Shown here: positions 9,201 to 16,700 of the stretch, one piece after another
Numbering within the stretch: position 1 is the stretch's first letter
Layout: the number at the start of each line of letters is the position of its first letter
Source: a virus
Lineage: Duplodnaviria > Caudoviricetes
Strand: one strand, 5' to 3'
DNA length: 59,516 nt
Virus record (IMG/VR): IMGVR_UViG_3300048837_000161
Span: 1-59,516 of that record
Made by a program: the position numbers and the translations under genes
Notes under the pieces: generated by a model
Told to the model about the DNA's origin: nothing
The model's database searches: none
The model's input: only the letters and a program-made list of their open reading frames with translations

Positions 9201-10058
9201 CTGCGTCAGGTCGCCCGCAAAGCCCATCTCCAGTTCGTTCTGGAAAAGTTCGGTGCTCGACTCCCCTGCGAAGCCTAGACCTCCAGCCTTGGCGAGCCGC
9301 GTCGGGAGCCCTCCGGCAAACCGTGCGGCGTTGTTGCCAAACGCGTTGCGCACCATCGAGGGCATGACCGCTTCTGCGGCACCATACGGAACCCCCAGAC
9401 CCAGTGCCGCCAGCGCGTCGCCTTGTGTCGGGTCGCCCCGCTCGACAGCTTCGCCGTACATCGCGCCCACACCGATGGGGTAGCTCGCGGCAATCGTCCG
9501 ACCAAAGGCGTTACCCGCCTCCAGTGCCGCGCGACGACCTGCGAAGTCCATTCCAGCCTTGAGACCCCCGCCCCCCAGGCCTTTCGGGATGACGGCCAGC
9601 CCGCGCGATAGCGCCGCAGGAATGGCAGCTTGAGGAACCGCAGCGCTCGCAGCCAACGTACCAGCAAGCATCGGCACTTGCTTGGCAACCTGATACCCGA
9701 GGAACGGCAGTGCCGAGCCGAGGCTTTGGTTCTCGATGCGCTCAAGGTCTGCTCGGCCGTTGAAGGCGGACTCTGCGTAGTTTCGCGTAACCCCCCGGTC
9801 AGCCCAGTCGGCCACACCTTCAGCGCCGAGCGCGCGAGCCCCAGCGCCAATGGCGCCATAGCTGAGACCTTGCAGTTGGTCGACACCTGCTGACAGGCCC
9901 GCCCCAAGCGGGTTGCGTTGGGGGTTGTAGTTTACGCCGAACTCTTGCGCGACTTCCCCCGGCTCGATGCCGTACTTCTGACTCAGCGTGACAACGAGCT
10001 GTTCGTCGGAGAAATCCTTGTACTGCGGAAGCTGGCGGAAGTCGTCAAGTGTTGCCAT
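3267..10058 (-). CDS. Giant internal virion / DNA-ejection polyvalent protein (sigma70-r4-like HTH, metallopeptidase motif, ART-PolyVal-like domain, PLxRFG domain)
   Basis: 2263 aa, last gene of the structural arm. Motifs: 'FDTLSEREREVL...MTFEEIG...TRQRIDQ...ALRKL'; 'VVLHEIGAHLG'; 'FKRWFGDSKVVD..GNPLVVYHGT...FFFA...VYLSMQNP...HDGVIF...VFEPTQIKSAIGNNG'; 'YAPLRRYGNY'. Confidence 0.8.
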   Translation of the reverse strand: MATLDDFRQLPQYKDFSDEQLVVTLSQKYGIEPGEVAQEFGVNYNPQRNPLGAGLSAGVDQLQGLSYGAIGAGARALGAEGVADWADRGVTRNYAESAFNGRADLERIENQSLGSALPFLGYQVAKQVPMLAGTLAASAAVPQAAIPAALSRGLAVIPKGLGGGGLKAGMDFAGRRAALEAGNAFGRTIAASYPIGVGAMYGEAVERGDPTQGDALAALGLGVPYGAAEAVMPSMVRNAFGNNAARFAGGLPTRLAKAGGLGFAGESSTELFQNELEMGFAGDLTQDEIDSRRLNSAVIGGLVGGTFNLPAGFRGQRNPADPIDLLNRDSSPQVEAAPQVGQSELNFDVTGEEAIGTRGLRNPFDAAGYVSGFQQGQETTVDVPQSDLFGGVNEMPPVDIPRPPKIDIPVPQPLQSDPVRSAVAQASPATLRRDGSLKRNVEEAIAEYEGFMPGEIERSIEALSTSRKADAVWRVAALEAIARQRAAQGAPVVQQPASVADRLDTASSGVEIQQVLLSADSDALISAALNRPDLLPKIQSGMSPPAWEMFSADIAAAQQEAQPTNVPPVEQVAAQAEEARRQEGAQVGAEQSRDAERAQVSRIFDTLSEREREVLTKYHFDKMTFEEIGSELKERGESGTTRQRIDQQHKEALRKLAEAGRPFGLTQERLRLYFPDESRRMAGGADVQTASAAEVAQSGAGMTYRDESNNGAVNQANDEFEMADAVDGAEALDLDTDIAREEFDEGFRGEQGADVDALEQVEAVESMARTERDHNGQEITEEAVRIAGLEYDQDLQEGDVPFAQLDSADQIRYTKAAIAFNDEVLSAQQLMRVFGEIADGARQQASQPQRAVEEAGAVAQVQGAVPARDAGEARQETDAREEVTDAVDSDTAGFGEGNRYSRTTGTQGTTVEAVRSAINAIATPMGRRKITVYQTADEAVQSGALNSKDAKGTQGWVDSKGNAFFIAGNIPNGSELAVVLHEIGAHLGIEKLLTAAQYEALVKKIFDWAQSDANTQEARIARAALARVESAKLKNDADLAPETIAYFVEEAVKAGVNPTAMQYKTELGRWFRTLWAAFKVALRRLNLINADRLTAQNVVDLAYGAANLELTGKLDGEYGGAPRASTDAFKRWFGDSKVVDAQGNPLVVYHGTAADIEFFDPLALGANTRAASAKKAFFFAASPKVASGYAVLSESRPSLKVSIIDNAAKSEVLPESLRKMLLKSINETTLSKAEHAEWDEMTSGVEFTIGANVLPVYLSMQNPLVVDYKGSDYRERSFASVVAEAKKNGHDGVIFRNAKDTIHNDFAEVSDIFAVFEPTQIKSAIGNNGNYDPTDRRIRFSKAADPQLTELAQESSQRAWAAIRAGVRKGWTGLAFSSHLANAAHRAGLTSARALELVQRKKATRAYEIQIEVEKVLSKFADLKGQINGRPASEAVQRFIYDSTFDKKWGFAPDWKRDAVVDPEIERRFNALPTEAQTVIKDVFRHGDAIFKEKQDLLRKTLTGEYEALIKAETDDGKRRKLERQRDKELREAGRLIAEMNGPYAPLRRYGNYVVVAKSQKYRDAEAAGPVDAKLKRDENHYVVEFAETLYEAERLQGVLEGKFGKGMVWAGEKETATEQFGELPFMAVQRLRKMVDTDLDGDLNTKSKRTLNKLLVDLYISTLHEANARHSEQKRQFVNRADRDTAAKDMMRAFATQGRADSHLVSALQFNSEIVDEMQKLRNEAKNGQGDSLLKTRLRNEILQRHMMDLDFRETPVQDKLMSLNSFWMLLTSPGYYVQNATQVMMMTQPVLAGKFGQNRSMRQLMRGYQDAMRVLKGSSWNEAADLSRFNGTADEKAMLIELQARGTLDFGISAELGYWESRGEISKVFNQVMRKVGMGTRKLEVLNRMSSALAAYRLMYDQTTGTQAKRHAAALDYADSIIKDTHGDYSSTNAPRYLRMMPKVMTQFRKFQLIQLSLFAKVIHGSIKGANPQEKRAMRAALGYLFMNHALLAGAVGIPASALLGAIYAIAGDDDDPNDWEVDVRRAIGDKEIADLILHGLPSLININMSNKIGAGTMLDPLPFVEYEATRGGYEKAVTAAMGPLIGGLGAQVVDAFGRILKGDVAQGTAQLLPRGFRDATRGFMAAQDGIQLRNGQTALTPEELSFYDSLMMGLGLPTLKTTSRTETQFKSQQYEQFFRERVTKLKRQYSEAYEENDREAMLEARQAWAEMQASRKNLGFKVQPLSEMLKAPREKAKAEAKLQGGVRTTEQARGFVQSLQ

Positions 10059-10067
10059 CTGTCCCTC

Positions 10068-11303
10068 TTACCGGGTGTTGGGGCGTTGGAACGGAATCTG
10101 CGATTGGGTTGGAGCGAGAAGCCCCAACTCGCGCGCCAAGGCGTCGCGCTCAAGGAGCGCCCGAGTGCGGACGACCGGATTCATGCTACTGAGGTCTACC
10201 GCTCGGTCTGAGTTAAACTGCCGCAGCGCCGCAGCGGCCTCCGCTCTACCCGCATAAGGGTTTTGTGGCGCGGTAAAGTGTCCGCCCGATTGGCGCGGGG
10301 CGGGGGCGAGACTCAAGCCTGCTGCGGGGCGCTGCCCGTTTCGCTCGTTCTCCAACATGAGGTCGAGCTTGGTCGGCTCGACCGGGAGTCCAAGGTTCTT
10401 CTTCACACTGCGCAACACCTGATCGGACGCTTCGGGGTTGTTCTTCACAAAATCGTAGAACGCCTTAGTCGCCTCCGGGTCAGACGGCGTCCGCGTGTTA
10501 TTGCCGCCGATGCTTGGAAACTTGCCGCGTTGAACCGCAAACGTGCTGCGAAGCATCTCCAAGTTCTGGGCAGCGCGGGCGATAGCGGTCCCGTCACCCG
10601 ACGCCATTGCGAGCTGGTATCCCTCCCAGGCGCGATTGAGCTGCGTCTGTTCTTCGGGGGTCAAGCCGGACGCGTCCCCTGCACCGCCGCTTCCGCCGCG
10701 CGCTCGACCAAGCTCTGCGATGTATGCGTTAGCCTTTCGCTCCTCAAGCGCCAACTTGAGGCGAGCCAACTCCGACTCGTTGCCGTAATACGCTTTCTTC
10801 CAGGAGTTCTCATCGGCTTTCAAGCCGTGGTCGGCCTGCCAGCGGCGTTCGTCCTTAGCGGAGTTCGCTTGGTTCTGAAGGTACGGCATCACCTGATCGG
10901 TGTCGGCGTACACGAGCTGGTCCATCATTGCGCTGTTGATCTGCGCCTTGAAGTCCTCAGGGTTCAGCGGCTTGAACTGCGGAACGCCCTGTTCGCCACC
11001 CGTAAAAACACCCAGCGTCCCGCCCATGCGGGTCAGGTCGCCATAGCCGTGCTTCTTGGCGCCGTCGCGCAGCAGCGCAAAGTTGCGCGCGTCGTAGGGG
11101 TTGTCCAGCGCGGCGCGGTACGCCTTCAGCTCGTTGACCATTAACTCCCGCTGCGAGCGGATACCCTTGGCCCGCTCGGCTTCCTGCATCTGGAGGTCGA
11201 ACTGCTGCTGCTGTCGCTGGTCTGCCGCATCCGCGCGCTGCTGCTCGCGCTGGCGGTTCATCTCGTTCGTGTACGCCCCGAGGGCGATGCCGAGGTTGTT
11301 CAT
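10068..11303 (-). CDS. Putative internal virion (ejection) protein
   Basis: Probable start ATG 11303 (MNNLGIALG), ATGA-coupled to the upstream gene; Q/E-rich helical protein between two ejection-type genes. Confidence 0.6.
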   Translation of the reverse strand: MNNLGIALGAYTNEMNRQREQQRADAADQRQQQQFDLQMQEAERAKGIRSQRELMVNELKAYRAALDNPYDARNFALLRDGAKKHGYGDLTRMGGTLGVFTGGEQGVPQFKPLNPEDFKAQINSAMMDQLVYADTDQVMPYLQNQANSAKDERRWQADHGLKADENSWKKAYYGNESELARLKLALEERKANAYIAELGRARGGSGGAGDASGLTPEEQTQLNRAWEGYQLAMASGDGTAIARAAQNLEMLRSTFAVQRGKFPSIGGNNTRTPSDPEATKAFYDFVKNNPEASDQVLRSVKKNLGLPVEPTKLDLMLENERNGQRPAAGLSLAPAPRQSGGHFTAPQNPYAGRAEAAAALRQFNSDRAVDLSSMNPVVRTRALLERDALARELGLLAPTQSQIPFQRPNTR

Positions 11304-12706
11304 GCCTTGCCTCCTTTGCCGCCCTTGCGTTTGCCGTAGCGCTTCTTCAGGCCCTTCTCGTTGATCTTCTCCAGCTTGTCCTTGCCGACTTCCTCCACTG
11401 CGTCGGCGTTGACGACGTACTCGCCCTTCGAGAGCCACGCCGGGATCGAGTCGGAGGTTTCCGTGCCGATGTCGGGGGTTGCGCCACCTTGGCGCATGTC
11501 GAGGCGAAGGCCGCGAGGTTGTTCGTGCGGCACCGGGCCACCATCGGCCCACAGATCGAGCGCAGAGCCGAGCAGGTACGCACCACCAACCCAAGGTAGG
11601 GCGGCGGCAGTCGAAGCAAGGCCCGCGCCAGCGGCACCGGCAGCAGAACCTGCGGCAAGAGATGTACCGCCTGCCCCTGCTGCTTCGGCGGCGAGCGTCG
11701 AAGTAAGCGCGGTGTCCCCGATTGCCTGCGTGGCAAGCGCCGTCGTCGGCGTGGCAGCAAGACCAGAACCCATCGCAGCCGTCTCGGCACCCCACAGCGC
11801 GTTCGCACCAGAGGCCGCAGCGGAGCCACCAAACAACCCACCCACGGCGTCACCGATCGCAGCACCCGCCTTGTCCATCAGCGGGTTGATGACGTGCTTG
11901 CCCAGCGCGTTCGCCCCAGCGTGCATGGCGATGGGCGCGGCGACGGCCATGACCTTGTCCCCAGCGGACATGTCGTCCATCTTGAACCCGGAGGGGCGGT
12001 CGCGCCAGTTACCCAGTTGCGGCATCGAAACTCCACCTACAGCGCCGCCGAGCGCAAAACGCGGCTCGTCGATGTAACCCCCATCGGCCTTGAACATGCC
12101 GCCTGCAATCTGCGCGCCGAACTGACCATAACCCTGCGCGTTCGCGTTGCTCTGCTGCTGCATTGCCCCACCCAACTGCCCATACTGAGCGCCGCTGGAG
12201 GCGAGCATTGAGGCCGACTGGGACGGCATTCCCGCCAAGCTGTTGTAGAAGTCCTGCGAGCGCGCCCACGCCATGTCATCACCGTACTGGGTCGCTTTGT
12301 TCTTGGCGGCAGCGATGTTTGCGGCGTTACCCAGCGCGGTCGCGCGCAGCGCACCGGAGAAGCGCGGGTCGTTCGGGTTCACCCCCATCGAGGACATCTG
12401 GCGTTCGACCGCTGCGCGCTCCATCCCCGCCGCTGCCGCCGCGTCCGTTCCGGCCCTGTTACGCAGGTCGCGGGTGTATTGTCCGCTCTGGGCGTCCGCC
12501 GCCATGTTCGAGAGGTTGCCAAGCGCCTGCGGCGCGTAGGCCGCGTACTGGTTGTACAGGTTGGTGGCGATGTCGGCCTGCACCCCGGCGAGCTTGTCCT
12601 GGTTGGCGTAGTACACCTGCCCGCTACCGCCACCTTTGTACAGTCGCTTCGACCCCGGAGGCGTGAAGAACTCCGGCTCCATCAATGGGTTGTTTCGATA
12701 GCCCAT
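11300..12706 (-). CDS. Putative internal virion / DNA pilot protein
   Basis: 468 aa, Ala/Gly-rich. Contains 'YKGGGSG' N-terminus, 'SMGVNPND', 'ADGG' repeats and 'TSDSIPAWLSKGEYVVNADAV'. Confidence 0.65.
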   Translation of the reverse strand: MGYRNNPLMEPEFFTPPGSKRLYKGGGSGQVYYANQDKLAGVQADIATNLYNQYAAYAPQALGNLSNMAADAQSGQYTRDLRNRAGTDAAAAAGMERAAVERQMSSMGVNPNDPRFSGALRATALGNAANIAAAKNKATQYGDDMAWARSQDFYNSLAGMPSQSASMLASSGAQYGQLGGAMQQQSNANAQGYGQFGAQIAGGMFKADGGYIDEPRFALGGAVGGVSMPQLGNWRDRPSGFKMDDMSAGDKVMAVAAPIAMHAGANALGKHVINPLMDKAGAAIGDAVGGLFGGSAAASGANALWGAETAAMGSGLAATPTTALATQAIGDTALTSTLAAEAAGAGGTSLAAGSAAGAAGAGLASTAAALPWVGGAYLLGSALDLWADGGPVPHEQPRGLRLDMRQGGATPDIGTETSDSIPAWLSKGEYVVNADAVEEVGKDKLEKINEKGLKKRYGKRKGGKGGKA

Positions 12707-12710
12707 AGTC

Positions 12711-13124
12711 TCACACCTCTAGAATGCACACTTGATACCCCGTCTCGAACCCGGAACGGCGGTACAGTCTTGCTACCGATTCACGGCAGCGCGTTTCGAT
12801 CCAGTCACACTTCAGCACCTGTGCGACCTCGATGAGTTTTTCCTTCAGGTCCGCGCCCCCGCGCCCAGCCCCGTACTGCACGTACAGCACGCGCTTGCGG
12901 GGGAAAACCGCCACCACGCAGGTCACGACGAACTCGACCTGACTGTCGACCACCTTGGCAACGGCGAGCATGCTGCCGCTACGCAACCCCTCGTGGATGT
13001 CTTCCAGCGTGTACTCCCCGCGCCCGTAGGGGATGGCCTGCGCCACCAGCGCGGAGACGGCGGGCCAGAGCGCGCCGGAGGCTTGCTCAGGTGTTAGTAC
13101 GCCGAAGAAGGTCCGCTCGCTCAT
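12711..13124 (-). CDS. Small GNAT-fold-like virion morphogenesis protein
   Basis: Start MSERTFFG at 13124; 'LKCDWIETRCRESVARLYRRSGF'; position just before the ejection genes is typical of podoviruses. Confidence 0.55.
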   Translation of the reverse strand: MSERTFFGVLTPEQASGALWPAVSALVAQAIPYGRGEYTLEDIHEGLRSGSMLAVAKVVDSQVEFVVTCVVAVFPRKRVLYVQYGAGRGGADLKEKLIEVAQVLKCDWIETRCRESVARLYRRSGFETGYQVCILEV

Positions 13125-13125
13125 G

Positions 13126-13141
13126 TGTTTAGGTCGTAGCA
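13126..13141. promoter_or_regulatory. 16-bp TGYT-N8-ARCA site
   Basis: TGTTTAGGTCGTAGCA, 1 nt from the ATG at 13124. Confidence 0.65.
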
Positions 13142-13182
13142 CGTTGCCTTGAATTTAGCACAGAAGCGAGCCGATATACAGG

Positions 13183-13773
13183 TCATGCTGGCGGCCCACC
13201 CGCCATGATGTCTTCAAGCGTTGTCAGGCTCGCCAGCGCGTCCTTTCCCGCCCACGACTGCGCGTAGATTGCCTGCCGGTGCAGCCCGATCAGGAGCAGC
13301 AGGGATTCAATCTCAGCATGCGTCATCTGGAGCGTGCCGTTGTCTCGCGTGCGGATCGCACTCGTGCCGGTGAGATACCCGCGCTCGTAGCCCTTCAGGA
13401 TGAGCTGGAGTTCGGCCATGAATCGGTCGTCGGAGTGGAAGACGTGGCCGTTGTGGGGGTAGCCCGCCACGAGTTCGCGGTCGCGACACGCGTTCCACGA
13501 TTGACGTTGGGACTCTCGGGCCGCGTCGAGGTTGGGGAGCCAGGATTTTGTGGCCCAATCCCATTTGTGATGTTCAGGTTTTGGAGGCGCGGAGTGTAGT
13601 GTTTTATTTCCCTCCCCATCAACCTCCACCCAGGAGTAGTCTGCAATGCCTGTGATGGTTGGTACCCACGGCATAGATGACTGCCCTTCCTGCACGTTTA
13701 GTGCCAATGAGCCCCCGACATCAGGCATTAACTTATCCACAATCCCCGTTGTGGTATCATAGATAACGTGCAT
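13183..13773 (-). CDS. Tail fibre assembly protein (DUF4376-like)
   Basis: Follows the tail fibre; 'HHKWDWATKSW', 'WNACRDRELVAGYPHNGHVFHSD', 'IRTRDNGTLQMTHAE'. Confidence 0.7.
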   Translation of the reverse strand: MHVIYDTTTGIVDKLMPDVGGSLALNVQEGQSSMPWVPTITGIADYSWVEVDGEGNKTLHSAPPKPEHHKWDWATKSWLPNLDAARESQRQSWNACRDRELVAGYPHNGHVFHSDDRFMAELQLILKGYERGYLTGTSAIRTRDNGTLQMTHAEIESLLLLIGLHRQAIYAQSWAGKDALASLTTLEDIMAGGPPA

Positions 13774-13774
13774 G

Positions 13775-16700
13775 TTATACATCCGAAGCCACCGTTGAGA
13801 ATGATTGGATAGATAACGAACCTGCCGAACAAGCAACTCTTGCGCCCCCGTCAGCCATCAGCGCCCACATGCGTATGGAGATAGTGTGGTTTCCGGGGCC
13901 AAGCCAATAGAACCTTTCGGTTATTTGGCCTGCACTCAGAGGGTAGGACTCACCCTGCGGCAAATTTGTCGCTAAATAATCTACGCGCACGTAGTCTATC
14001 CACAACTCCACTGATTTTGTTTGATAGCCGTAGCCATAGTTTGCGTGCCCCGTCCAGTGGTCTATGTAAAACGACCCGGTAAATGAAAACTTGAAAAGCC
14101 CGCCGTGGGCAAGCGACAGTGTGTATCGGAGCGCCTCTCCAGAAAGCCACTCTCCTTGCGTGTAAGGTAAGTTTATACTCTTTGCGCCATACGATATTTG
14201 TATCGGGATAATGAGCGCGGAACCTTTGAGGTTAAGCGCGTCAATCATTGCCACACCAGCCTTCAGGCTCGATGCTTCAATATCGCCCCGAGCCGTGACA
14301 TTACGGAACTCCGCGTTGCCGTCACGGTAGATTCGCCAGCCCGCCGAGCCAGCAGCAAAGTTGCTGCTCCAGATGTCACCACCAATCTGCGCATTCCCAA
14401 GCGCCGCATTGGCGATCCAAGTAGTAACCTCGGACGGCGTGATAAACACACCTTGGTTCCACGGGCTGTAGACGGTCTGTGCAAGCCCGGCTTTTCCGAT
14501 ATACGGCAGCGCGATGTAAAAGTCAGTCGGCGCAATTGTAGATGTTCGCTTGACCCGCACTTCCATGTAGCACTTCACAGCGTTTGCCGGAACCGTAACA
14601 AAACCCCACAGGTGTTGCAGGTCCGAAAGGTTCTGCGTCCACGCCGTTTGGTTCGTTGCTTCGGATACACCCCCTGTAACAGGTACGTAGAGCGTAAACG
14701 AACCATCCGATAGCAAGAACGACGCTGTGAGTTGCGCGTCTCCACGATACACGCCGACACGGGCGCCAAGCTCCATTCGCTCCCCTGGGGCACAGGGAAC
14801 GGCGAGATCTCCACAATATACTTGGCTTTCGTAAGCGCCCGACGCCGCCCCAGAAAAACCAAGCTTAATAGCCCCGTACCCTTTTGGCACCCCATTCTCG
14901 TTGAATGCGGCGCGAAACTCGCCAAGCACACATCCGGGGCCGAGGGCGTGCCCCCAGCCCGCAAGGGAGTCTTTCAGCATCGAGTTTCGCAGCAGGTTGT
15001 TGCCCCGGCTCCCTGTATAGTTCGAGTCGTTTGCGCCGACCGTAGCGCCGTTCTCTGGCCTTCCAGACCCCGTTACACTCGACCAATCTGCCCTCTTCGC
15101 CGCCTCGGCGCTGATCTTGTTCAGCAGCGCCTGCCGATCTGCATACAGATTCGACCAGTTGGCGCGGAAGGTCGAGCCGACAATCGTGGTCGTCGTGGCA
15201 AGGTTCGCGTCCGTGATCCAGATCGGAGGCGTCGCGCCGATGGTATAGGCCGTGCCTGCATTCAGGTACGTGCCGAGTGCCTGGAAAGCGTCGTCATACG
15301 TGGTCTTTTCGGTCGTGATGCTGAAGCCGTCCGCTTGCGTACGAATCCCTGTACGCTCCGCGTAGATGGCATCCCACTCAGCACGAACGGACTGCTTTTC
15401 GACGGGCGTGAGCTTACTGTCTGCTGCGATATCCGCAAGAAGCGCATTTGCCGCCGCAGCCGAATCCTTTGCCGCCTCAACCTCCGTCACCTCCTCGAAG
15501 CGAAGATCCTGCACCTCCCAATAGCCAACCGTGCCGCCGTAGTTGCGCAGGAACAGCGGGCGAACCAGCGTTACGTCAGCCTGCCAGTCCGCCGTGGTCC
15601 AGATATAGGAATACTCGCCCCAGGCGTCCGTTCCGAAGTTGGTGTTATGAACACCGGGAGTTACGGATGCCGGTTTGTACGGGGCGAGACCTGTATTGCC
15701 GGGGCCGAAGACACCGGGGCTGATGTACTGGCGCAAGGCAAAGTACAGCGTGCCGTCTGCACCAGCCTGCGGGCGAGCCCAGAAGCGCACGCGATATTTC
15801 TTGGTCCTGTCCAGGGGGATATACCGAAGTTGCTCCGGGTTGCTATGTCCGGTATTCAGGCGAAGAACGAGCGATCCGACCTTGCCGTCCGTTACGGTTT
15901 CAAAGGTATGGTGCCCCGGATACCAAGTTGCGGTCGAAAACGGATCGGCAAGGTTTGAACCAACAGTCGCGCCTGCCGCAGCGGTGCTCTTTTCCAGGCG
16001 GACGAGCGTCACCTGATCCTTGTACGTGCCGTTGACCGTGCAAGTCACCGTAGCCGATTTGGCCGTGCCGAACTGAGCAGCCGTGATCGTCTGCGTGTTC
16101 GTTGTGGATGCGACAGGGTTGGATTGCAGGCCGGAGAACGCCCAGGCATAGGTCGGGCTGGTGACGCCGCTCACAGAGGCGGTCAGCACAATGTCCGCCT
16201 GAGAGCCGTCGAGAACACCGTCCGTTGCAGTGAACGTCGTTGCCCGGCTGGAAGTCACCACTACTGCCGGACCTTGTGCGCCCGCTGTACCCGCCTTGGA
16301 CTTCGACAGCACGAATCGTTTGACGACGCTCGCGTAGCCGCTGCGCGTGGCAGTCAGATCCACGTACCCTGTGTCCGCAGAAAGCCCGCTTACGGTGTAG
16401 GTCTTGCCAGAGAGCACGCCGCTCACGTTCGACGTGGTAGCCGTCACCGTCCAGTTTGCGGAGTCGTTCGATGTGCCGTTGTAGATCGTGATCGTGGTTG
16501 CCGCGCCGGAGTAGTTGCCATTGTTCCCAGCGCTGTCGGTCGGGACGACGTGGGACTCGTTCGAGAGCACCGCAACGACTGCGTTCGCGCCATCCGCACC
16601 CTTGACGGCGTAGAGCGTCCACCACGTATTTCCACCACCCGAAGAAGGTGGTTGGTTTCCGCTGGCTGCGGTGTGCGCAACGAGGCAGGACCACCCGTTG

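Noticed and set aside
11304-11795. N-terminal 165-aa extension of the 575-aa ORF in the track
   Set aside because: It overlaps the pilot-protein gene out of frame and is Arg/Cys-rich noise; the real start is the coupled ATG at 11303.
11300-12706. Tape-measure protein suggested by the 'TSDSIPAWLS.GEYV' motif
   Set aside because: Too short, and no tail tube, sheath or tail chaperone genes are present; better explained as a podovirus ejection protein.
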